Shown here: positions 28,665-36,084 of the stretch, one piece after another
Layout of the letters: every line of letters begins with the position of its first letter
How positions within the stretch are numbered: the stretch's first letter is position 1
NCBI GenBank assembly: GCA_949878885.1
Contig: CATLBN010000002.1
Span: 18,774-82,773 of the forward strand
Length of the DNA: 64,000 nt
Reading direction: 5' to 3'
Source: an uncultured Clostridia bacterium
GTDB lineage: Bacteria > Bacillota > Clostridia > Christensenellales > Borkfalkiaceae
The notes under the pieces: generated by a model
The model's database searches: none
Seen by the model: only the letters and a program-made list of their open reading frames with translations
What the model was told of the DNA's origin: nothing
Made by a program: the position numbers and the translations under genes

Positions 28665-29237
28665 ATGGAAGAAGTTTTTATACATCAGTCAAGCTACGTA
28701 GACAAGCCTTGCGAAATAGGCGAGGGCACTAAAATTTGGCATTTCAGCCATATTATGAGCGGCTGCAAAATCGGAAAAAACTGTAATATAGGGCAAAACG
28801 TTGTAATTTCTCCTTCCGTTGAATTGGGAAATAACGTAAAAATTCAAAACAATGTTTCCGTTTACACGGGAGTTGTTTGCGAAGACGACGTTTTTTTAGG
28901 ACCCAGCTGCGTATTTACAAACGTAATAAATCCGCGCAGTCATATATGCAGGAAAGACGAATACAAAAAAACGTTATTAAAACGCGGTTGCAGTATCGGC
29001 GCTAACAGTACTTTAATTTGCGGACATACAATAGGAAAATATGCTTTGGTCGGCGCCGGCAGCGTTGTAACCAAGGACGTTCCAGACTATGCATTGGTAA
29101 AAGGCAATCCTGCAAGGGTTTACGGCTACGTTTGCTATTGCGGAGAAAAACTTAATTTTATAGATAATACCGCGCTTTGCAAGTGCGGAAAAAAATATAT
29201 AAAAATCGGATTTACGGTTGAGGAGAATAATAAATGA
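28665..29237 (+). CDS. wbpD: left-handed beta-helix N-acetyltransferase (WbpD/WlbB-like UDP-GlcNAc3NA N-acetyltransferase)
   Basis: 190 aa from ATG 28665, 1 nt after the wbpE stop. The ORF-track 5' extension to 28572 overlaps wbpE. IWHFSHI..., KIQNNVSVYTGVVCEDDVFLGPSCVFTNVINPR and KDVPDYALVKGNPAR closely match the WlbB/WbpD pattern. Confidence 0.85.
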   Translation: MEEVFIHQSSYVDKPCEIGEGTKIWHFSHIMSGCKIGKNCNIGQNVVISPSVELGNNVKIQNNVSVYTGVVCEDDVFLGPSCVFTNVINPRSHICRKDEYKKTLLKRGCSIGANSTLICGHTIGKYALVGAGSVVTKDVPDYALVKGNPARVYGYVCYCGEKLNFIDNTALCKCGKKYIKIGFTVEENNK

Positions 29238-30556
29238 AAATAAAAGAACTTTTACTTAAAAAGATTGAAGAAAAATCAATTATTGTCGGCGTTTGCGGAT
29301 TGGGGTACGTAGGTTTGCCGCTTGCGGTTGAAAAGGCTAAGGCAGGCTTTAAAACTATAGGTTTCGACGTTCAGTCCGCTAAGGTTAAAATGGTAAACGA
29401 AGGTTGCAACTATATAGGCGACGTTGTTGACAGCGAACTTTCCGAAATAGTAAAAAGCGGTATGCTTACTGCCACAACCGATTTTTCGTTTATAAAAGAC
29501 GTTGATTTTATAGCTATATGCGTGCCTACGCCTCTCGACGCGCACCAGCAGCCGGATATAAGCTATGTAAAAGATAGCGCCGTTGCCGTATCAAAATATT
29601 TAAAAAAGAATACTATGGTTGTGCTGGAATCTACAACGTATCCCGGAACCACCGAGGAATTGCTTAAACCCATATTGGAAGAAGGCAGCGGTTTAAAGTG
29701 CGGAGAAGATTTTTATTTGGGATTCAGTCCCGAACGCGTGGATCCGGGCAATCTTATATATAAAACCAAAAATACGCCCAAAGTCGTTGGTGCTATAGGT
29801 AAAGACGCTACCGAAGTTATAGCCGCTATGTACCGTGCGGTTTTACAAAGCGATATCCACGAAGTGTCGTCGCCTGCGGTTGCGGAAATGGAAAAAATAC
29901 TTGAAAATACTTACCGCAATATTAATATAGGACTTGTAAACGAATTGGCACAGCTTTGCCATAAAATGGGTATAAGTATTTGGGAAGTGGTAGACGCGGC
30001 AAAAACAAAACCTTACGGTTTTCAGCCGTTTTATCCCGGTCCGGGACTTGGCGGACACTGCATTCCGTTAGACCCTTATTATCTTTCGTGGAAGGCGCGC
30101 GAATACGGCTTTCATACTTCAATGATAGAAGCTTCTATGATGATAAACGACAAAATGCCCGAATATACGGTTGAAAGATTGGGAGACATTTTAAATAAAC
30201 ATAAAAAGTCTTTGAACGGCGCCAAAGTTTTACAGCTTGGCGTAGCCTATAAAAACGATATTGACGATTACCGCGAAAGCCCTGCGTTGGCAGTACGTGA
30301 ACTTATGAACGAGGAAGGCTGCCGGGTAGATTATTTTGACCCTTATATCGCATCATATAAATATAAAGGTAAAACTTATAGCGGACTTGAAAAACTTACA
30401 GCGGAAATTATTAAAAAGTACGACGTTGTAATTGTTACCGCAGGCCACACAAAGTCGGTTGACTATCAGCTTGTAGTAGATAATGCCAAAGCTGTATTCG
30501 ATACTAAAAACGTTCTTAAAAATATTAAAAACCGTAATAATATAACGGTGCTTTAA
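29234..30556 (+). CDS. wbpA: nucleotide-sugar 6-dehydrogenase (WbpA/WecC family; predicted UDP-GlcNAc 6-dehydrogenase)
   Basis: 440 aa. N-terminal VGVCGLGYVGLPLA Rossmann motif, catalytic GGHCIPLDP motif. Confidence 0.85.
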   Translation: MKIKELLLKKIEEKSIIVGVCGLGYVGLPLAVEKAKAGFKTIGFDVQSAKVKMVNEGCNYIGDVVDSELSEIVKSGMLTATTDFSFIKDVDFIAICVPTPLDAHQQPDISYVKDSAVAVSKYLKKNTMVVLESTTYPGTTEELLKPILEEGSGLKCGEDFYLGFSPERVDPGNLIYKTKNTPKVVGAIGKDATEVIAAMYRAVLQSDIHEVSSPAVAEMEKILENTYRNINIGLVNELAQLCHKMGISIWEVVDAAKTKPYGFQPFYPGPGLGGHCIPLDPYYLSWKAREYGFHTSMIEASMMINDKMPEYTVERLGDILNKHKKSLNGAKVLQLGVAYKNDIDDYRESPALAVRELMNEEGCRVDYFDPYIASYKYKGKTYSGLEKLTAEIIKKYDVVIVTAGHTKSVDYQLVVDNAKAVFDTKNVLKNIKNRNNITVL

Positions 30557-30582
30557 CAACTGCAAAAATATATAAAAATCAA

Positions 30583-30611
30583 AGCGGCGGCTAATTTACT
30601 TAGCCGCCGCT
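30583..30611 (+). terminator. strong hairpin ending the glycan operon (U-tract weak on + strand)
   Basis: 11-bp stem agcggcggcta/tagccgccgct (30583-30593 / 30601-30611). The + strand continues atatataaa. The T-run (revcomp of aaaaatca) lies on the opposite strand. Confidence 0.5.
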
Positions 30612-30652
30612 ATATATAAATTCGACAATAAATATAAAACCTCCAAAATTCG

Positions 30653-30681
30653 TCATATACCGCCTAAATTCCGCATATTAT
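30653..30681 (+). promoter_or_regulatory. sigma-E-like sporulation promoter upstream of spoIIID
   Basis: TCATATA (30653-30659), 14-nt spacer, CATATTAT (30674-30681). Resembles the B. subtilis sigma-E consensus (kmATATT-14-CATACAmT). GGAGGTG SD at 30692. Confidence 0.45.
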
Positions 30682-30704
30682 TTTAGTACGTGGAGGTGCG
30701 GTAT

Positions 30705-30953
30705 ATGTGGGATTACATAACCGAACGTGTAATAAAAGAGGGGGAATATTTAATAGCCTCTAACTCAACCGTTCGTGCTGCTGCGGAATATTTTTCTATA
30801 AGTAAATCTACCGTACATAAAGATGTAACCGAGCGGCTTTACGGCATAGATAAAGAACTATATTCAAAAGTGCGCGAGGTGCTCAATAAAAATCTATCCG
30901 AGCGGCATATACGCGGCGGATTGGCAACAAAAAACAAATATCTCGGCAAATAA
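30705..30953 (+). CDS. spoIIID: sporulation transcriptional regulator SpoIIID
   Basis: 82 aa from ATG 30705 (SD GGAGGTG 6 nt upstream; the ORF track starts at GTG 30690). MWDYITERVIKEGEYLI...VRAAAEYFSISKSTVHKDVTERL...HIRGGLATKNKY is collinear with B. subtilis SpoIIID. Confidence 0.9.
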   Translation: MWDYITERVIKEGEYLIASNSTVRAAAEYFSISKSTVHKDVTERLYGIDKELYSKVREVLNKNLSERHIRGGLATKNKYLGK

Positions 30954-30964
30954 AAGTTAGTTTG

Positions 30965-31008
30965 TCCACCGCCCTCGGCGTTATACAGCCAAGGGCGGTG
31001 GATTTTAA
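30965..31008 (+). terminator. rho-independent terminator after spoIIID
   Basis: 11-bp stem tccaccgccct/agggcggtgga (30965-30975 / 30992-31002) followed by tttt. Confidence 0.7.
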
Positions 31009-31099
31009 AAAGAAAAAAACATATAAATTTAAGCTTACGGCTTTTGTATGTTATTGGTAAAATTTATCGTTTTTTTACAAAATTTGTATATTCATAAAT

Positions 31100-31129
31100 T
31101 TGTAAAATTTATTTTAATTGTGATATAAT
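31100..31129 (+). promoter_or_regulatory. extended -10 sigma-A promoter of the activase-like operon
   Basis: TTGTAA (31100-31105), 18-nt spacer, TGaTATAAT (31121-31129). Confidence 0.5.
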
Positions 31130-31158
31130 CAAGTAGAATAACTAATTAGGATGTTAAA

Positions 31159-34068
31159 ATGCCTAAGCTTTTGGGAATAGACGTCGGTTCTACTACCGTC
31201 AAAGCGGCGGTAATCGACGAAAATAAAAAAATATTATACAGCTCGTACGTGCGGCATTATGCCAAAGTTAAGGAAACCGTACTTGCCGAGCTTAACACAA
31301 TAAAGTCGCGTTTCGGCGGCGAATTCCGCGTATCTATTACGGGCAGCGCGGGGTTGGGGATTTCTCAGCGCAGCGGTGTGAATTTCGTTCAGGAAGTTCA
31401 GGCTGCGTTTATTGCTATAAAAAATTTCTATCCGGATACCGACGTTGCCGTAGAACTCGGCGGAGAAGACGCCAAAATAATTTTTGTTACGGGCGGCACC
31501 GAACAGCGTATGAACGGCAGCTGCGCAGGCGGCACGGGCGCTTTTATAGACCAAATGGCAACGCTTTTAAACATTTCCGTGCAGGAAATGGACGAATATG
31601 CTTTGCGTGCGCAAAAAACTTACCCCATAGCTTCGCGCTGCGGAGTTTTTGCCAAATCCGATATTCAGCCGTTATTAAATCAGGGCGCTAAAAAAGAAGA
31701 CATTTCGGCTTCGATTTTTCAAGCGGTTGTGGACCAAACTGTGTCAGGGCTTGCGCAAGGCCGCAAAATAAAAGGCAGAGTTTTGTTTTTGGGCGGACCG
31801 TTGCACTTTTTAAAATCGTTGCGCAAAGCTTTTGTAACTACGTTGAATTTATCCGATGAAAATGCGGTTTTCCCCGAAAACGCGCCTTGTTTTATGGCTG
31901 TAGGCGCGGCGCTTAATTCAACGGAAGAAAAATCCGAAAATATCGAAAACATAATATCCGCAATTTCGTCCGTTAAAGAAAGCGACGAAATCTTAACGGG
32001 CAAACCGCTTTTTAACAGCCGTGAGGAATATGCCGAGTTTGTTAAAAGGCATCGCGCAACCGATTTAAAATTTGCGGATATACAAAATTATAACGGCGAT
32101 TGCTATTTAGGTATAGATTCCGGTTCAACAACAACCAAGCTTATGCTTATAACGCCGGATTGTAAAATTTTGTGGTCGCACTATCAGCCTAATAACGGTC
32201 AGCCGTTGGAAATTGTTATTTCCAAGTTAAAAGAACTGTATGCGCTGGGCGGCGGAAGACTTAAAATTTGCGGCAGCGCGGTAACGGGCTACGGCGAAGA
32301 CTTGATAAAAAGCGCTATAAAAGCCGATTTCGGAATAGTTGAAACGGTTGCGCATTTTAAAGCCGCTTTGCATTTTAATCCCAAAGTGGATTTCATTATA
32401 GACATCGGCGGACAGGATATAAAATGCTTTAAAATTAAAAACGGCGCTATTGATTCTATTATGCTTAACGAAGCGTGCTCATCGGGCTGCGGTTCGTTTA
32501 TTCAAACTTTTGCCCGTGCTATGGGTATGGAAATCGATAAGTTTTCCGAAAAAGGTCTGTATGCCAAGCACCCTGTGGAGCTTGGTTCAAGATGTACCGT
32601 TTTTATGAACAGCGCGGTAAAGCAGGCGCAGAAAGAGGGCGCAAGCGTTGAAGATATTTCGGCAGGGCTTTCTTCGTCTATTGTTAAAAACGCTATTTAT
32701 AAAGTTATAAGGGCGCAAAGCGCCGAAGAATTGGGCAGCAACATTGTAGTTCAGGGCGGTACGTTTTTAAACGACGCCGTACTGCGTTCGTTTGAAAACG
32801 AAACGGGCAAATCGGTTATACGCCCCGGAATTGCAGGGCTTATGGGCGCTTTCGGCGCGGCGCTGTACGCAAAGGAAAACGTTAAAGGCGAAAGCTCCGT
32901 AATAGGCGAAAAAGAGCTTGACGGCTTTACTTATAAAACGCAGTCGGCAAACTGCAGAGGCTGCACTTCTAATTGCAGCGTAAACTTTATTAAATTCAAC
33001 GACGGAAGAAAATACGTTTCAGGCAACAAATGCGAACGCGGAGCAGGTCTTAAACCGGCTTCGGACGATTTGGATATATACGCGTATAAACAGCGCAGGC
33101 TTATAGACAGCGTAAAAGGAGTTTCTGGACATTTGCGCCGCGGCAAAGTAGGTTTGCCGTTGCAGCTTGGTATGTACGAACAGCTGCCCGTATGGGCTGG
33201 ATTTTTCGAAACTCTCGGTTTCGAGGTGGTTCTGTCCGACAAATCGTCGCGCGGACTGTACTTTAAAGGTCAGCATACGGTAGCTTCCGATACGGCTTGC
33301 TATCCTGCAAAGCTTATGCACGGGCATATAGAAAGTTTGCTCGACGGTGAAGCCGATTTCATATTTTTACCGTGCGAAAGTTATAATTTAGACGAACATT
33401 GTTCTACAAATCACTATAACTGTCCCGTTGTTGCGTACTATCCCGAACTTTTAAAAGCCAATAACGAACGGCTGAACGAAGAAAACTTTATAATGCCTTA
33501 CATAGATTTAAATATGAAAAAGAGCGCGGTTAAAACTCTTACGGCAACTTTTTCAAAATATAAATTCAAAAAGCGCGATATTTGCCGCGCTTTGGACGAA
33601 GGCTTTGCCCGTTTAGAAGAATATCAAAAAGACGTAGAATCAAAGGCGGACGAAATTTTATGGAAGGCTGAACAGCAAGGTAAACAGGTTATTATTCTTG
33701 CAGGCAGGCCGTACCATTTGGACGGAGAAATAAATCACGGAATAAACAAACTGTTAACTTCGCTTGGGCTTGCGGTGTTGTCGGAAGACAGCGTGTGCAA
33801 TAAAGGCAGTCGGGTAAAAGTAGACGTTCTTAACCAATGGACTTACCACGCAAGACTTTATCGCGCCGCAGACTTTGCCGCACATAGGGAAAACGTAAAT
33901 TTGGTTCAATTAGTTTCGTTCGGATGCGGCTTAGACGCAATAACGGCAGACGAAGTGCGTTCTATTTTAGAAAAGAACGGAAAACTTTACACTCAGATTA
34001 AAATAGACGAAATAAACAATTTAGGCGTAGTTAAAATACGCCTTAGAAGTATGCTTGCGGCGCTGTGA
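31159..34068 (+). CDS. tandem BcrAD/BadFG-type ATPase (2-hydroxyacyl-CoA dehydratase activator-like x2) fused to a DUF2229-type Cys-rich domain
   Basis: 969 aa. Two actin-fold ATPase modules start at LLGIDVGSTTVKAAV (aa 4) and YLGIDSGSTTTKLML (aa ~316). Each has the activator-type Cys pair: NGSCAGGTGAF / ASRCGVFAKSD and NEACSSGCGSF / GSRCTVFMNSA. C-terminal region has CRGCTSNCSVNF...GNKCERG, TACYPAK and SFGCGLD. Confidence 0.8.
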   Translation: MPKLLGIDVGSTTVKAAVIDENKKILYSSYVRHYAKVKETVLAELNTIKSRFGGEFRVSITGSAGLGISQRSGVNFVQEVQAAFIAIKNFYPDTDVAVELGGEDAKIIFVTGGTEQRMNGSCAGGTGAFIDQMATLLNISVQEMDEYALRAQKTYPIASRCGVFAKSDIQPLLNQGAKKEDISASIFQAVVDQTVSGLAQGRKIKGRVLFLGGPLHFLKSLRKAFVTTLNLSDENAVFPENAPCFMAVGAALNSTEEKSENIENIISAISSVKESDEILTGKPLFNSREEYAEFVKRHRATDLKFADIQNYNGDCYLGIDSGSTTTKLMLITPDCKILWSHYQPNNGQPLEIVISKLKELYALGGGRLKICGSAVTGYGEDLIKSAIKADFGIVETVAHFKAALHFNPKVDFIIDIGGQDIKCFKIKNGAIDSIMLNEACSSGCGSFIQTFARAMGMEIDKFSEKGLYAKHPVELGSRCTVFMNSAVKQAQKEGASVEDISAGLSSSIVKNAIYKVIRAQSAEELGSNIVVQGGTFLNDAVLRSFENETGKSVIRPGIAGLMGAFGAALYAKENVKGESSVIGEKELDGFTYKTQSANCRGCTSNCSVNFIKFNDGRKYVSGNKCERGAGLKPASDDLDIYAYKQRRLIDSVKGVSGHLRRGKVGLPLQLGMYEQLPVWAGFFETLGFEVVLSDKSSRGLYFKGQHTVASDTACYPAKLMHGHIESLLDGEADFIFLPCESYNLDEHCSTNHYNCPVVAYYPELLKANNERLNEENFIMPYIDLNMKKSAVKTLTATFSKYKFKKRDICRALDEGFARLEEYQKDVESKADEILWKAEQQGKQVIILAGRPYHLDGEINHGINKLLTSLGLAVLSEDSVCNKGSRVKVDVLNQWTYHARLYRAADFAAHRENVNLVQLVSFGCGLDAITADEVRSILEKNGKLYTQIKIDEINNLGVVKIRLRSMLAAL

Positions 34069-34113
34069 TTTGCCGCATAATATTATAGACGGTTTTACTT
34101 TTTTAATTTAAAA

Positions 34114-35373
34114 ATGGAAGAAAAAATTTACGATTACAGAACAGAATATCCGCATTGGGATAAATCGAAAAAGAGCGAATATAAAATTCTAGTGCCCGAT
34201 ATGCTTCCCTGGCATTTTTTGATAATAGAAAAAGTTTTAAAACAGGAAGGCTTTGATATCGAGGTCTTAAAAAACGACGGACGCAAAGTTATAGACGAAG
34301 GTTTAAAACACGTGCATAACGATACCTGCTATCCGTGCCTTTGCGTTGTAGGGCAGTATATAGACGCCTTAAAGAGCGGAAAGTACGATTTGGAGCGCAC
34401 CGCGGTTATGATTACTCAAACGGGAGGCGGCTGCCGCGCGTCGAATTATATGCCGCTTATAAGAAAAGCGCTAAAAACAGAATTTCCGCAAGTGCCCGTA
34501 GTTTCTGTAAACTTTTCAGGGCTTGAAAAAGACAGTTCGTTCCCTATATCGTTAAAACTTTTAAAAAAACTCGCCTATTGCATTTTATACGGCGACACGG
34601 TTATGTGGTGTTATAACCAAACCCGTCCTTACGAATTGAACATAGGCGATACTGATAACGCCCGCGAAAAAGCCGTTTCGTACGTTTTGGAAAAATTCAA
34701 AAACGGCGGTTATTCCAAATATAAAAAAGTAAATAAAGCGATTATAAAAATTTTTGCCCAAGTAATACGCAGTTCGGAAAAGAAAGTCAAAGTAGGTATC
34801 GTAGGCGAAATTTACGTTAAGTATTCGTATTTGGGCAACAACAATCTGGAAAAATTTTTAATTTCTGAAAATTGCGAACCCGTGGTGCCTGCGCTTTTGG
34901 ACTTTGTAATGTACTGTATAGTTAACGTAGTAAACGACAAAAAATTATACGGGCACAAACCGTTTACGGCGTTTATTTACAATTCCGTATATAAATTTTT
35001 GCATAAAATTCAGAAGAACGTAATAAAACAGTTTGAAGAAGACGGAACTTTTATGCCTGTGCACGATTTTGAACATTTGCGCAAATGTGCGGATAAGGTT
35101 ATAAACCAAGGCGTTAAAATGGGAGAGGGATGGCTTATTCCGGCGGAAATGGCGGCGCTTGCGGAAACGGGTGTTTCCAACGTGGTGTGCGCGCAGCCGT
35201 TCGGCTGTCTACCCAATCACATAACAGGCAAGGGCGCGGTCCGTACGCTTAAAAATTTGTATCCTAACGAAAATATCGTAGCGGTTGATTACGACCCTTC
35301 GGCAACAAAAGTAAATCAGGAAAACCGTATAAAACTAATGCTTGCCACGGCAAGGGAAAATTTAAAATCTTAA
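34114..35373 (+). CDS. acyl-CoA dehydratase activase-related / DUF2229-HgdB-like protein
   Basis: 419 aa. Conserved Cys contexts HNDTCYPC, QTGGGCRASNY and AQPFGCLPNH. 45 nt downstream of the tandem ATPase gene. Confidence 0.65.
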   Translation: MEEKIYDYRTEYPHWDKSKKSEYKILVPDMLPWHFLIIEKVLKQEGFDIEVLKNDGRKVIDEGLKHVHNDTCYPCLCVVGQYIDALKSGKYDLERTAVMITQTGGGCRASNYMPLIRKALKTEFPQVPVVSVNFSGLEKDSSFPISLKLLKKLAYCILYGDTVMWCYNQTRPYELNIGDTDNAREKAVSYVLEKFKNGGYSKYKKVNKAIIKIFAQVIRSSEKKVKVGIVGEIYVKYSYLGNNNLEKFLISENCEPVVPALLDFVMYCIVNVVNDKKLYGHKPFTAFIYNSVYKFLHKIQKNVIKQFEEDGTFMPVHDFEHLRKCADKVINQGVKMGEGWLIPAEMAALAETGVSNVVCAQPFGCLPNHITGKGAVRTLKNLYPNENIVAVDYDPSATKVNQENRIKLMLATARENLKS

Positions 35374-35381
35374 TATAATAT

Positions 35382-35418
35382 AAGCCGCGCGGTTTTCAGC
35401 CGCGCGGCTTCTTTTTTT
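35382..35418 (+). terminator. rho-independent terminator
   Basis: 11-bp stem aagccgcgcgg/ccgcgcggctt (35382-35392 / 35400-35410) followed by cttttttt. Confidence 0.85.
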
Positions 35419-35473
35419 GCAGCCGTAAAATTTATACGGCGCAATATTATCCGAATATCTGTTTATTGCAGAG

Positions 35474-36007
35474 CTATTTAATCAATTTATATGTAAGGCT
35501 GAAATCCCTGCGTTTTTTATCGCGTACGGGGTAATTTTCGGCTGCGTATCCAACAGCTATAATAAGCGGAAATTTCTTATTTTCCGTAACGGAAAGAAAA
35601 TCCGCAATGCCTTTTTCGTCGCGCAGTCCTATAATACAGGTCTGCACGCCCATATCTTCGGCGGCAAGTACTATATACGCGGCAAGAATACCTACGTCGT
35701 TTGCAATAAACGGTTCGTTGGAAACTCTGCGTTCTCCGCGCATAACCGCGTGCGGCTCGCGCGATTGTATTACTATGTATGCTGGGCAGCCGTCCGCCCA
35801 CTTATTTGCGCCGTTGGTTTGTACGTATTTGGTAAATTGTTTTGCTTTTTCGCCGTTTACCGCATACAAATTGTAAGGCTGCAAATTAACGGCGGAAGGA
35901 GCCGATGTTGCAAGCTTGCATATTTCTTCAAGCGTTTTGTCTTCTACGGGTCTGTCTGAAAATTCGCGTGTGCTCTGTCTTAAATTAAAAAGTTCTTTTA
36001 AATTCAT
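35474..36007 (-). CDS. nitroreductase family protein
   Basis: 177 aa. N-terminal LRQSTREFSDRPVEDKTLEEI...APSAVNLQPY is typical of the NADH oxidase/flavin reductase (nitroreductase) fold. Confidence 0.85.
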   Translation of the reverse strand: MNLKELFNLRQSTREFSDRPVEDKTLEEICKLATSAPSAVNLQPYNLYAVNGEKAKQFTKYVQTNGANKWADGCPAYIVIQSREPHAVMRGERRVSNEPFIANDVGILAAYIVLAAEDMGVQTCIIGLRDEKGIADFLSVTENKKFPLIIAVGYAAENYPVRDKKRRDFSLTYKLIK

Positions 36008-36084
36008 TTTTTACCTTTTTAAAAAATTTTATTAATATATATTATGAGCGTCGGCAAGTTAACTCGCCGACGCTTTAAATTTAT

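Noticed and set aside
36047-36074. Hairpin agcgtcggc/gccgacgct between the nitroreductase start and the tkt stop, as a terminator
   Set aside because: The stem is good, but there is no U-tract on the minus strand, where tkt ends. It is kept only as a possible weak or Rho-assisted terminator and is not listed as a feature.
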